From NCBI GenBank assembly GCA_035531135.1, contig DATKTN010000171.1, positions 1 to 60,929 of the forward strand: a DNA stretch of 60,929 bases, written 5' to 3'. The stretch comes from Anaerolineae bacterium. GTDB taxonomy: Bacteria; Chloroflexota; Anaerolineae; B4-G1. Positions within the stretch are counted from its first letter, which is position 1, and each line of letters starts with the position of its first letter. The notes under the pieces are model-generated. The model made no database searches and had not been told where the DNA came from. It was given only the letters and a program-made list of their open reading frames with translations. Made by a program: the position numbers and the translations under genes. This document shows, piece by piece, positions 9,423 to 19,511 of this stretch.

Positions 9423-10448
9423 GTGCACAACTTGATGGTCACCGGCGGTGCTGGATTCATCGGCTCCAACTTTATCCGCTACATGCTGAAAAAGTATCCC
9501 GACTACCGCGTCGTCGTCTACGACAAACTGACTTACGCCGGTAACCTGGATAACCTCAAGGACGTGGCCAAACAGTTCGCTGACCGCTACGATTTCGTTC
9601 AGGGCGACATCTGCGACGCTGCTTCTGTACGAGAGACGGTTTGTGCCCACGATGTGGACACTATCATCAACTTTGCCGCAGAAACTCACGTCGATCGCTC
9701 TATTATGGACCCCGACACGTTCATCAAGACCGACGTCTACGGCACCTACGTGCTTCTGGAGGCGGCCCGCGAGTTTGGGCTGGAGCGCTATCATCAGGTC
9801 TCTACAGACGAAGTGTACGGCCACGTGCCGCATGGGGCCTCGAAAGAGAGCGACCCCGTGGCCCCGCGCAGCCCCTACGCTGCCAGCAAGGCTAGCGCCG
9901 ATCTGATGGTCAACGCCTACTACGTCACGTATGGCCTGACGGTCACCATCACGCGTGGAGCAAACAACATCGGCCCCTATCAGTACCCCGAGAAAGTTGT
10001 GCCGCTCTTTGTCACCAACGCAATCGACAACCTGTCGCTGCCGCTCTACGGCGATGGGTTGCAGGTGCGCGATTACCAGTACGTATTGGATCACTGCGAG
10101 GCGATTGACCTGGTGCTGCACAAAGGGGAGATCGGCGGCATTTACAACGTCGGCACCGGTACTGAGATGCACAACATCGACATGACCCGCCTGATCTTGA
10201 AACTGCTGGGCAAGCCGGAAAGCCTCATCCAGCCGGTCAACGACCGGCCTGGTCACGACCGGCGGTATGCGCTTGACGTGATCAAGATCTGCGCCCTGGG
10301 GTGGGAACCGGCCCATTCCTGCGAGGAAGCCATCGAGAAAACGACGCGCTGGTACGTCGAGAACGAGTGGTGGTGGCGGCCTATCAAGAGCGGCGGGCAC
10401 TACCAGGAGTACTACAGGCGGCAGTACGAGGGGCGGGAGGTCAAATGA
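9423..10448 (+). CDS. rfbB: dTDP-glucose 4,6-dehydratase
   Basis: VTGGAGFIGSNF, DKLTYAGN, AAETHVDRS, STDEVYG, YAASK, DRPGHDRRY; GTG after GGAGGAGG. Confidence 0.95.
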   Translation: MHNLMVTGGAGFIGSNFIRYMLKKYPDYRVVVYDKLTYAGNLDNLKDVAKQFADRYDFVQGDICDAASVRETVCAHDVDTIINFAAETHVDRSIMDPDTFIKTDVYGTYVLLEAAREFGLERYHQVSTDEVYGHVPHGASKESDPVAPRSPYAASKASADLMVNAYYVTYGLTVTITRGANNIGPYQYPEKVVPLFVTNAIDNLSLPLYGDGLQVRDYQYVLDHCEAIDLVLHKGEIGGIYNVGTGTEMHNIDMTRLILKLLGKPESLIQPVNDRPGHDRRYALDVIKICALGWEPAHSCEEAIEKTTRWYVENEWWWRPIKSGGHYQEYYRRQYEGREVK

Positions 10449-10450
10449 GC

Positions 10451-10516
10451 AAAATCCCAAATCCCAATCCACAAGCTGGGGGCCTCAAGTTCGGGGTTTA
10501 GAGGTTGGGCTTTGGG
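10451..10516. repeat. Inverted pair of short heptamer-like repeats (aaatccc...ttggg)
   Basis: aaatcccaaatcccaatcc followed by ttcggggtttagaggttgggctttggg. Confidence 0.5.
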
Positions 10517-11228
10517 CGCATCTGACTCGGCGCGGCTAGCCTTCTACCTTCTCAAAGAGGTGACTCGGGCCATCGGCGAGTTCGACCTCATCGACGAGGG
10601 TGACCGGGTGGCGGTGGCGGTCTCTGGTGGGAAGGACAGCCGGGCGCTGCTTCAATTACTCCGCCGCCACCAGCGCAAGGTGCCCTATTGGTACGAATTG
10701 GCCGCCCTCCACGTCGTCGGTACGTCGGCTGGCTTCTCCGACCTGCGTCCTGAACTGGAGCCCTGGTTTCGAAGACTCGGCGTTGAGTATCACTTCTCCC
10801 TATTGGAGTTGCCGCCGGAGGAACCGCTGCCGCTCAACTGCTTTCGCTGCTCGTGGAACCGGCGTAAGACTCTTTTCACCTCTGCAGTCGCGCTGGGTTG
10901 CAGCAAGCTGGCTTTCGGCCACCACGCCGACGACGCGGCCGCCACGACGCTTCTGAACCTGATGTTCAGTGGCAGACTGGAGACAATGGTCCCCCGCGTT
11001 GAGTTCTTCGACGGTGCTGTGACTGTCATACGTCCTCTGATCTACCTAACCGAGAAAGAACTAGCCCGCTACGGGCGGGCGGCTGGATTCCCTGATGCCC
11101 CCCTGTGTCCCCGGGGCTTGACCTCTCGGCGGGCGCGGATAAGGGCGATCTTGCGCCAATTCGGCCGTGACGAGAAACAGATCCGTGTTAACCTTTGGCG
11201 CGCTGCCCGCCGGGCGATGGAGTTCTGA
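10512..11228 (+). CDS. ttcA: TtcA-family PP-loop tRNA thiolase
   Basis: AVSGGKDS PP-loop, CFRC, GHHADD, VIRPL; only a single Cys (CP) at the second Cys site. Confidence 0.75.
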   Translation: MGASDSARLAFYLLKEVTRAIGEFDLIDEGDRVAVAVSGGKDSRALLQLLRRHQRKVPYWYELAALHVVGTSAGFSDLRPELEPWFRRLGVEYHFSLLELPPEEPLPLNCFRCSWNRRKTLFTSAVALGCSKLAFGHHADDAAATTLLNLMFSGRLETMVPRVEFFDGAVTVIRPLIYLTEKELARYGRAAGFPDAPLCPRGLTSRRARIRAILRQFGRDEKQIRVNLWRAARRAMEF

Positions 11229-11330
11229 GCCGACTCTTGTGCCACTGTGAATTCTCCTCTTTGCTCGCTTTTATTCCTACGTCGCTTGTGGTATACTTGT
11301 TTGCAATCACAGATTCCACCGGAGGCAGGA

Positions 11331-12251
11331 ATGGACCACTTTCTCAGTCTGACGGACCTGACGCCTGATGCACTCCTAGATCTGCTCAAACTGGCGGTTG
11401 AACTGAAAGAGGAGTGGAAGGCCGGCGGCAACCGTCCCTTACTCGAAGGAAAGACGCTGGGTATGCTCTTTCAGAAGCCCTCTCTGCGGACCCGTGTCTC
11501 TTTCGAGGTGGGAATGCACCACCTGGGTGGGCAGGCGCTCTATCTCTCTCCCTTCGAGATTCAACTGGGCAAGCGGGAAAGCGTACCTGACGTGGCTCGC
11601 GTCCTGTCCCGCTATCTGGACGGCATCATGGTGCGTGTCTTTGACCACGCCGACGTGCTCACGTTGGCGGAATACTCCCGCGTGCCTGTCATCAACGGCC
11701 TCTCCGATTACAACCACCCGTGCCAGGGTCTGGCCGATTTCCTTACCATCATCGAGCGAAAAGGCTGGGACCTGGGGGGACGCAGGCTGGCCTTTGTCGG
11801 CGACGGCAACAACGTGGCGGCCTCACTTCTCTTCGGCGCGACCTTGCTGGGGATGGACTTTGCCATCGCTGGATCGCAGGGCTATGAACTTGCTCCCGAC
11901 GTGTGGGCGCTAGGGCAGCGGTTCGCTGCCGCTAGCGGCAGCCACCTGCTGGCAACCCACGACCCTCACGAGGTGGTCACTGGAGCTGACGTGATCTATA
12001 CCGACGTGTGGGCCTCGATGGGGCAGGAGGGTGAAGCCGAGGAGCGGGCCCGTATCTTTGCGTCCTACCAGGTCAACAAAGTGTTGGTTGCGGAGGCCAA
12101 GCCGGATGTCATCGTCATGCACTGCCTGCCGGCCCATCGAGGGCATGAGATCACCGACGCAGTCTGCGATGGCCCGCACTCGGTGCTGTGGGATCAGGCC
12201 GAGAACCGTATGCACGCGCAAAAAGCTATCCTGGTGGAGCTGATGAGATAG
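11331..12251 (+). CDS. argF: Ornithine carbamoyltransferase
   Basis: [32 protein letters not shown]. Confidence 0.93.
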   Translation: MDHFLSLTDLTPDALLDLLKLAVELKEEWKAGGNRPLLEGKTLGMLFQKPSLRTRVSFEVGMHHLGGQALYLSPFEIQLGKRESVPDVARVLSRYLDGIMVRVFDHADVLTLAEYSRVPVINGLSDYNHPCQGLADFLTIIERKGWDLGGRRLAFVGDGNNVAASLLFGATLLGMDFAIAGSQGYELAPDVWALGQRFAAASGSHLLATHDPHEVVTGADVIYTDVWASMGQEGEAEERARIFASYQVNKVLVAEAKPDVIVMHCLPAHRGHEITDAVCDGPHSVLWDQAENRMHAQKAILVELMR

Positions 12252-12267
12252 CTGGAAGGACAGGATT

Positions 12268-14577
12268 GTGGCCAGGAATCGCGAGGTCTTTGAGGAGGCA
12301 ATGCAGGCGGGCGCCAATGCTGCCTGGGACAAGAACTGGGACCAGGCGATTGAGGCCTACCAGCGCGCATTGGAAGAGTTCTCCGACGATGTCGGTGTGC
12401 TCACTGGTCTGGGGTTGGCCTACTCTGGCGCAGGCCAGCCCGAGGCTGCCTTAGATTCTTACCAGCGAGCCAGCGACCTTGCGCCGGATGATCCCGTGAT
12501 CTATGAGCGCATAGGCGAGGTGCGGGAGCAAATGGGCCTGGGGGAGGAGGCTGCCGCAGCATACCTGGACTCGGCCGAGCGCTACCTGAGTCAACAGCAG
12601 GCCCCCCAGTTGGCGCTCGAACGCTGGCAGGATGCCGTTCGTGCGTATCCCGATTGCCTTAAGGCTCACGGGCAGTTGCTCCAGTATTATCATCGCCACG
12701 GTCAGGTGCGTGAGGCGGTGCACGAGTGCTTGGCCCTGGCGCACATATACCGGGCACAGGGGCAGCATGAGTACGCCGTACAGGCCAGTCAGTATGCCCT
12801 CAAGTTGGCCCCGCACGATCCCAAAGTGCTGGCTGCACTCGACGACCTGCGCTATGGCGCACAGCGCGCCGTCGAATCGGAGGCTGACGCTCTCCACGAA
12901 GAAGCTGAGCAGCTTGTGGGTATGGAGGGGGCAGTTGGCTCTGCCACGCTCGATTTCGACGTCACGGTCGAATCTGACCAGGAGCGGGGCAGCCTCATTG
13001 AGGTCACCCGCCAGAAGGCACTCTCCGAACTCGCCGAGAGCTTCTTTGAGGAGGAAGAGGGTGCAGCACGTTCCGCTGGAGCTTCTCGGCTCAGCAAGGC
13101 AGAGATTGATGCCTTGATCAGCCGGGCGATTGATTTCCAGACCAGGGGAAAAACCGACGAGGCGATTGCCGCCTACGAGCAGGTGATCAGGGCACGGGTG
13201 GAAAAGCCCGCTGTGCACTTTAATCTTGGCCTGCTGTATCAGGAGAAGACACGTTTCGACGCCGCCATCTCTCAGTTCGAGCGTGTGATGTCTCTGCCCG
13301 AATACATGCTGGGCAGCTACTTTGCGCTGGGCGAGTGCTATCGTGCCCAAGGGCGCATCAACGAGGCGCTGGAGAAGTTTATCGAGGTGCTCAAAATCAT
13401 CGATGTGGCCACTGTCCAGCGCAAACAGGCGGATGACCTGGCCCAACTCTATAGGAGCCTGGCCCACAGGTACGTCGGCAAGGGCGAGCGGGAGCAAGCT
13501 TCGGCGTTCACCAGTTCGCTGGTTGATTTCCTCAGCGAGAGCGGGTGGAAGAATCGGGTCGTCGAGGTGCGCCGACAGCTCGACGCAATAGCCCAGGAAG
13601 GGCCGGTCTTGAGTCTGGCCGAAATGCTGACTATCCCAGAGTCAGAACGTGTTCTCGAATCGATCGTCCTGGCTCAGGAGTACGCCAGGCGCGGCATGTC
13701 CTACGCTGCACTGGAGGAATGCTACTATGCCCTGGGGCTTGCACCCACCTACCTGCCCATCCATCGGCAACAGGCCCAAGTGCTGGTGGCGATGGAGAAG
13801 GTGAACGAAGCGGTGTCCAAGTTGGTCGTCATCGCCGATGCCTACCGAATGCGCGGCAGCTTGCGCGCAGCTACGGCGATTTACCAGCGTGCACTAAAGT
13901 TAACGCCGATGGACACCGTGGTGCGAGCCAAGTTGATTGACCTGCTTGTCAGCCACGGGGAAATCGACAAGGCGTTGGAGCATTATCTGATCCTGGCTGA
14001 TACTTACCATAATCTGGCGCAGATAGATCAAGCGCGTGAGACGTACCAGGAAGCGCTAGAGTTGGCGCCGCGGGGTTCCTCTGAGAGCGGATGGAGGGTG
14101 CGCATCCTGCACAAAATCGGTGATATTTATATGCAGCGCGTGGACTGGAGACGCGCCGTCGGGGTCTATGAGCAGATCCGCACACTTGCGCCCGACGACG
14201 AGCAGGCTCGTTCAACACTGATGGATCTCTACTATCGCTTCGATCGGCCCGAGCTGGCAATCGTCGAGCTGGATAGCCTCGTGAGAATCTATCAAGACAG
14301 TGGCAATACCCAGCGAGTGTTTGCCATCCTGGAAGACGCAGTCCGCGAGCGTCCTGATGATATTCCGTTACGCACCCGCCTGGCGCAGGTGCATCTTGAT
14401 GCGGGTCACGCCGATCAGGCCCTGGTGCACCTGGACAGACTGGGCGATCTGCAATTGGAGGCCGAGCGGTATGAGGACGCCAAGGCAACCATCCGGGCCA
14501 TCATTGCACTCCAACCCCCCAATGTCGTGGCCTATCAGCAACTGCTCGATCAACTTGGCGACCGTGGCTCTGACTGA
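12268..14577 (+). CDS. Large cytoplasmic TPR protein
   Basis: Many TPR-like helical repeats along 769 aa; no TM. Confidence 0.88.
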   Translation: MARNREVFEEAMQAGANAAWDKNWDQAIEAYQRALEEFSDDVGVLTGLGLAYSGAGQPEAALDSYQRASDLAPDDPVIYERIGEVREQMGLGEEAAAAYLDSAERYLSQQQAPQLALERWQDAVRAYPDCLKAHGQLLQYYHRHGQVREAVHECLALAHIYRAQGQHEYAVQASQYALKLAPHDPKVLAALDDLRYGAQRAVESEADALHEEAEQLVGMEGAVGSATLDFDVTVESDQERGSLIEVTRQKALSELAESFFEEEEGAARSAGASRLSKAEIDALISRAIDFQTRGKTDEAIAAYEQVIRARVEKPAVHFNLGLLYQEKTRFDAAISQFERVMSLPEYMLGSYFALGECYRAQGRINEALEKFIEVLKIIDVATVQRKQADDLAQLYRSLAHRYVGKGEREQASAFTSSLVDFLSESGWKNRVVEVRRQLDAIAQEGPVLSLAEMLTIPESERVLESIVLAQEYARRGMSYAALEECYYALGLAPTYLPIHRQQAQVLVAMEKVNEAVSKLVVIADAYRMRGSLRAATAIYQRALKLTPMDTVVRAKLIDLLVSHGEIDKALEHYLILADTYHNLAQIDQARETYQEALELAPRGSSESGWRVRILHKIGDIYMQRVDWRRAVGVYEQIRTLAPDDEQARSTLMDLYYRFDRPELAIVELDSLVRIYQDSGNTQRVFAILEDAVRERPDDIPLRTRLAQVHLDAGHADQALVHLDRLGDLQLEAERYEDAKATIRAIIALQPPNVVAYQQLLDQLGDRGSD

Positions 14578-14601
14578 AAACTGGGACCAGGGATTTAACT
14601 A

Positions 14602-15438
14602 GTGGCCGATCTTTTATGGTATTTGCAAAGGCTCAACCGGATAGACGTTCTCGATATCCTGCTGGTAGCCTTCATTTTCTTCTGGCTGCTGTATCTGGTA
14701 CGCGGCACTCGGGCTGTACCCTTGCTGCGTGGCATGATATTCCTGATCATCCTGGTTACTCTGTTGAGCGGCCTGATACGCTTCCGTGCTTTCGGTTGGT
14801 TGACGCAAAAGGCGTTGCCAGCGCTGCTCGTGGCTATCCCTGTTGTCTTTCAGCCGGAACTGCGCCGGGCGCTAGAGCGGCTGGGGCGAGCCGGAACGTT
14901 GTTTGGAAAGGCGACGGGCAACCGGGCCAGCCTGGAACAGGCTCTGACTGCGATTGCGCAGGCTTGCCGCATTCTCGCTGAGCGACGGCACGGTGCGCTC
15001 ATCGTCCTGGAGCGAGAGACAGGTCTGCAGGAGTTTGTAGATAGCGGCGTCCCCCTCGATGCCACCATCACTACTGACCTGCTGGTCACTATTTTTGATC
15101 CTCATACCATGCTGCACGACGGAGCTGTCATCGTGCGGCGCGGGCGGGTCTTGGCCGCTGCCTGCGTGCTGCCTCTGTCCACGGCCTTCCTGGCAGATCG
15201 ACAATTAGGGCTGCGCCACCGGGCCGCCATTGGCGTGACGGAGGAGAGCGACGCCATCGCCGTCGTCGTCTCCGAGGAGCGCGGGTCCATCTCCATTGCG
15301 CACAATGCTCGCATCATCCGCAATCTGGACGCCAAACGGTTGGAGGTAGTGCTGAAGGCGTTCTTCCAGCCTGTGCTGGAACGAGCATGGCCACGGAAGA
15401 ATGCCCGGATGCGGCGGACAGCAGGGAGGAGCAAGTAG
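14602..15438 (+). CDS. cdaA: Diadenylate cyclase CdaA
   Basis: Three N-terminal TMs, FQPELRRALE, HDGAV and GLRHRAA catalytic motifs. Confidence 0.95.
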   Translation: MADLLWYLQRLNRIDVLDILLVAFIFFWLLYLVRGTRAVPLLRGMIFLIILVTLLSGLIRFRAFGWLTQKALPALLVAIPVVFQPELRRALERLGRAGTLFGKATGNRASLEQALTAIAQACRILAERRHGALIVLERETGLQEFVDSGVPLDATITTDLLVTIFDPHTMLHDGAVIVRRGRVLAAACVLPLSTAFLADRQLGLRHRAAIGVTEESDAIAVVVSEERGSISIAHNARIIRNLDAKRLEVVLKAFFQPVLERAWPRKNARMRRTAGRSK

Positions 15439-16691
15439 TGAGAGCGGCACTGCGTTGGATCGGAAGCGCTTTACCCCTGATGATTCTGGCGCTCGTCCTG
15501 GCCGCATTGGCCTGGGTCGTGGCCGTGGAGGAGGAGGATCCCACGCTGGATGAACGCTATAGCCAGCCCATCCCGGTTGTGCCACCTGATCTGCCGGAGG
15601 GGATGCTCATTGTAGGGGAGTTTGATGAGCGCGTTCAGGTTACAGTCCACGCCCCCAGGTCAGTGCTGCAGGCGCTCACGGTTGGTGATTTCACTGCCAC
15701 CGTCGACCTGATAGGCCCGAGCAGCGGGGTCCACCAGGTGCCTGTACAGGTGGAGTTGAGCAAACACCCCTCGCGGGTGATTCTCGTTGAGCCCGAGTAC
15801 GTAACCCTCGAACTGGATTCCAGAGCCGAGCGGTCGATACCCGTCCGTGTGGAAATCGATGGCGAACCAGCTTTGGGCTACCTCCAGCGAACGTGGGTCG
15901 TAGATCCGCGCCAGGTGACCGTGCGCGGACCCAGCTCCTATGTCACTCGGGTTGTCGAAACCGTCACGGCGATTTCCGTGCAGGACGCCAACGCCGACAT
16001 TGAAGGGGAATTCCCGCTGCAACTCCGGGACAGCGAAGGTCAGTCCGTCCCCCACGTCACGTTGATGCCCGAAAGGGTCAAGGTGCGCATCCCCATCGAA
16101 CCTTCAGGCTACTACCGTGCCTTGGCCGTCAAGGTTGTTCTCGAAGGGAACATCGCTCCCGGCTACTCTAACCCCTACATCTTCGTCGAGCCACCCACCG
16201 TCACTGTCTTCGGCACTCCCGGTGTCATCTCCGCCCTCCCCGGCTTTATTGAGACTGCACCGATAAATGTCGAGGGAGCGCAGGCTGACGTGATCGACCG
16301 ACCCGCACTCAACGTGCCCCCAAACGTCGCGATCGTCTCAGGCCAGCAAGTGGAGGTACGGGTCTCCATAGAGCCTATCCCCAGCAGCCTGACCGTGGAG
16401 GTCACTCCAGAGGCGCAGGGCCTGGGGCCGGGCCTCGCAGCCAACGTCTCGCCGGAGACCGTTCAAGTGATTCTGGGCGGCCCTCTGCCTGTCCTGGAGG
16501 CACTCGAGGCCGGCGATGTGCGCATCGTCCTGGACCTGTTCAAACTGCCCATCGGGACACATCAGATTGAACCGCAGGTGGTAGTGCCGGAAAGGGTGAC
16601 CGCTCAGAGCATCAACCCTGCCACGGTCCAGGTAGAGATCCTCGCTTCAACGACGCTCACGCCGACTGAGGTCGCCACTGAAGCCGAGTGA
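15438..16691 (+). CDS. cdaR: CdaR/YbbR-domain regulator of CdaA
   Basis: N-terminal TM, repeated YbbR-like beta domains; GTG overlaps the cdaA stop. Confidence 0.88.
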   Translation: MRAALRWIGSALPLMILALVLAALAWVVAVEEEDPTLDERYSQPIPVVPPDLPEGMLIVGEFDERVQVTVHAPRSVLQALTVGDFTATVDLIGPSSGVHQVPVQVELSKHPSRVILVEPEYVTLELDSRAERSIPVRVEIDGEPALGYLQRTWVVDPRQVTVRGPSSYVTRVVETVTAISVQDANADIEGEFPLQLRDSEGQSVPHVTLMPERVKVRIPIEPSGYYRALAVKVVLEGNIAPGYSNPYIFVEPPTVTVFGTPGVISALPGFIETAPINVEGAQADVIDRPALNVPPNVAIVSGQQVEVRVSIEPIPSSLTVEVTPEAQGLGPGLAANVSPETVQVILGGPLPVLEALEAGDVRIVLDLFKLPIGTHQIEPQVVVPERVTAQSINPATVQVEILASTTLTPTEVATEAE

Positions 16692-16713
16692 GGTCAGCAA
16701 TCGAGGTGAGTAC

Positions 16714-18096
16714 ATGCCAATTGTGGCCCTTGTAGGCCGACCCAACGTGGGGAAATCGACTCTCTTCAACCGCATCGTCGGGCAGCGGCTGGCGGTAGTG
16801 CACGACCAGCCGGGTACGACGCGTGACCGGCTGGTCGCTCCTGCTGAGTGGAACGGCATTGCCTTCACCGTGGTAGACACTGGCGGTATTGAGATATTGT
16901 CCGATGCTGTCGCGGCTGGGAGGCGGCCTGGCCCTGAACGTGTGCTGGCACAGGACTCGGCTCCCTTTATTCCGCTGATGCGCGCCCAGGCTGAACAGGC
17001 GATCTATGATGCGGATGCGATCATCTTTCTGACCGATGCTGCCGGTGGCCTGACCGCTGGGGACCGCGAGGTGGCCGACATCTTGCGCCGCGCCCGTTGT
17101 CCGATCTTTCTGGCTGCCAACAAGGCGGACAACCCTGGCCTGCGCCAGACTGCGCTCGAGTTCTATGGCCTGGGTCTGGGAACGGTGTACCCCATCTCCG
17201 CCCTACACGGCACCGACGTTGCCGACCTGTTGGATGACGTGGTCGAGGCGCTGCCTCCCTCCGAACCCGAGGCCGAGGATGAGAGTATCAAGCTGGCCAT
17301 CGTCGGCCGACCTAACGTGGGCAAGTCATCACTCCTGAACAAGTTGCTTGGTGAGGAGCGGGCGATCGTCAGTCCTGTCCCCGGTACTACCCGCGATGCC
17401 ATTGACACATATCTGGAGTGGGAGGGTACACCCATCACCTTGATCGACACAGCCGGCATCCGACGACGCGGCAAGATCGGGCGTGACGTAGAGCGCTACA
17501 GTGTGCTGCGGGCGTTGCGGGCGATCCAACGGGCCGACGTCGCGTTGTTGGTGATCGACGGCGTTGAGGGTGTCACTGCCCAGGACGCACACGTGGCCAG
17601 TTTCATCCTCGATGAATGGGCCAGTGTGGTGGTGCTGATCAACAAGTGGGACGCGGTGGAGAAGGATACCCACACTGTGGCCGAGTATACCAGATGGGTA
17701 CGTGAGACCCTGCGCTTCCTCGATTATGTACCCGTGCTTTTCATCTCCGCACTCACGGGGCAGCGGGTGCACAAGGTCGTGCCGACGGCGTTGGCTGTGC
17801 GAGAGGCCCGTTTCCGACGCATCTCCACCGGGGACCTTAACCGTCTGGTGCAGAACGCGCTTGCACGCCACGCGCCACCTAGCAAGCGCGGTAAGCGGCT
17901 CAAGATTTACTACGTCAGCCAGCCCGGCGTGGACCCGCCGACCTTTGTCTTCCACGTCAACGATCCTGACCTGGTGCATTTCAGTTACGAGCGTTACCTG
18001 GAGAACCGGTTGCGGGAGGCCTACGAGTTCCCCGGCACCCCGCTGCGGTTGATCTTCCGAAGGCGGGAACGTCGGAATGACAGACGCAAGGCGTAG
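16714..18096 (+). CDS. der: Ribosome biogenesis GTPase Der (EngA)
   Basis: Two GRPNVGKS P-loops, DTGG/DTAG, NKAD/NKWD, C-terminal KH-like domain. Confidence 0.97.
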   Translation: MPIVALVGRPNVGKSTLFNRIVGQRLAVVHDQPGTTRDRLVAPAEWNGIAFTVVDTGGIEILSDAVAAGRRPGPERVLAQDSAPFIPLMRAQAEQAIYDADAIIFLTDAAGGLTAGDREVADILRRARCPIFLAANKADNPGLRQTALEFYGLGLGTVYPISALHGTDVADLLDDVVEALPPSEPEAEDESIKLAIVGRPNVGKSSLLNKLLGEERAIVSPVPGTTRDAIDTYLEWEGTPITLIDTAGIRRRGKIGRDVERYSVLRALRAIQRADVALLVIDGVEGVTAQDAHVASFILDEWASVVVLINKWDAVEKDTHTVAEYTRWVRETLRFLDYVPVLFISALTGQRVHKVVPTALAVREARFRRISTGDLNRLVQNALARHAPPSKRGKRLKIYYVSQPGVDPPTFVFHVNDPDLVHFSYERYLENRLREAYEFPGTPLRLIFRRRERRNDRRKA

Positions 18097-18145
18097 AACT
18101 GGACTTCTACAGGCGTAGTCCCGGGCTACGAGGACAAGGAGAGGG

Positions 18146-19429
18146 ATGGACAAGATCAATGACTTTGTCAATACACAACTATCCAACGGACTGGCCGTGC
18201 TGATCAAAGAGGCACACACCGCTCCGGTGGCCAGTTTCTGGGTCTGGTATCGGGTGGGGAGTCGGAATGAACACACAGGGATCACCGGTATCTCTCACTG
18301 GGTCGAGCACATGCTCTTCAAGGGAACACAGATGTTCCCCAAGGGTGCGGCGGAAAAGGCCATCGCGCGCGAGGGCGGTGTGTTTAATGGCATGACATGG
18401 TACGATTTCACCACCTACTTGGCCACGCTGCCCACCGCGCGCATCGAGTTGGCCCTGCGTATTGAGGCCGACCGCATGGTCAACGCGGTTTTCGATCCTG
18501 ATGAGGTTGCTGCCGAGCGTACCGTCATTATCAGTGAGCGGCAGGGGGCCGAGAACGACCCCGAGTTTCTGCTCAACGAAGAAGTGATGGGCGCCGCTTT
18601 CCGTGTGCACCCGTACGGCAACGACACCGTCGGCCACCTGTGCGACTTGGAGACCATGACCCGCGATCAACTCTACGCGCACTATGACACCTACTACAAA
18701 CCTGGGAATGCACTTGTTGTTGCGGTGGGTGACTTTGAAGCCGGTGAAATGCTGCGAATGATCGAGCAGCACTTTGGGTCAATTCCAGATGGCCTGGGCG
18801 TACCTCCGATGAACGCTGGCGAGCCACCACAGAGGGGGGAGCGGCGGGTGGTCGTGGAGGAGCAGAGCAACGTCGCCTACCTCCAGATGGTGTTCCGCGC
18901 CCCCACCGTCCACGAACCCGACTTCTTCGCGCTGACCGCGCTCGACGCCGCTCTCACTGGGGCCAGTGGTCTGACGTTCTTCGGCGGCGGCCTGACCAAC
19001 AAGAGCAGCCGCCTATACAGGGCACTGGTGGAGACGGAACTGGCGACGACCATATCGGGTACACTGGTCCCGACCGTTGATCCCTTTGTCTACGGCCTCT
19101 CGGCCACCGTTCGCGCCGGCCATACGCTGGCCGAGGTGGAAGAGGCGCTGGAGGCAGAACTGGCGCGCGTGGTCGCGGAACCGGTTGCGCAGGAAGAATT
19201 GGACAAGGCGATCAAGCAGGCCAAGGCGCAATTTGCCTATTCCAGCGAGTCCGTCACCGGGCAGGCGATGTGGATCGGCTTCAGCGAGATCTTTGCCGAT
19301 TATGCCTGGTTTGAGAACTATATCGCGAACCTCAGTACTGTCACCGTCGAGGACGTGCAACGCGTGGCACAAAAGTACCTCCACCGATCGAATCGCACCG
19401 TGGGATGGTATGTGCCGCAAGGAAATTAG
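18146..19429 (+). CDS. M16 family peptidase, catalytic subunit
   Basis: Inverted zinc motif HWVEH. Confidence 0.93.
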   Translation: MDKINDFVNTQLSNGLAVLIKEAHTAPVASFWVWYRVGSRNEHTGITGISHWVEHMLFKGTQMFPKGAAEKAIAREGGVFNGMTWYDFTTYLATLPTARIELALRIEADRMVNAVFDPDEVAAERTVIISERQGAENDPEFLLNEEVMGAAFRVHPYGNDTVGHLCDLETMTRDQLYAHYDTYYKPGNALVVAVGDFEAGEMLRMIEQHFGSIPDGLGVPPMNAGEPPQRGERRVVVEEQSNVAYLQMVFRAPTVHEPDFFALTALDAALTGASGLTFFGGGLTNKSSRLYRALVETELATTISGTLVPTVDPFVYGLSATVRAGHTLAEVEEALEAELARVVAEPVAQEELDKAIKQAKAQFAYSSESVTGQAMWIGFSEIFADYAWFENYIANLSTVTVEDVQRVAQKYLHRSNRTVGWYVPQGN

Positions 19430-19497
19430 TTTCACGTTGCAACGCTTCAGGTTTCAGGTTGCGTGAACCTGAGACGTGAAACCTGAAACCTGAAACC
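19429..19497. repeat. Inverted heptamer arrays (tttcagg)n/(cctgaaa)n forming a hairpin
   Basis: tttcacgttgcaacgcttcaggtttcaggtt gcgtg aacctgagacgtgaaacctgaaacctgaaa. Confidence 0.7.
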
Positions 19498-19511
19498 GCG
19501 AGAGGAGACCT

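Noticed and set aside
11331-12251. N-acetyl/succinyl-ornithine carbamoyltransferase (SLRT variant)
   Set aside because: The SMG loop (DVWASMGQE) and HCLP fit an ordinary OTCase
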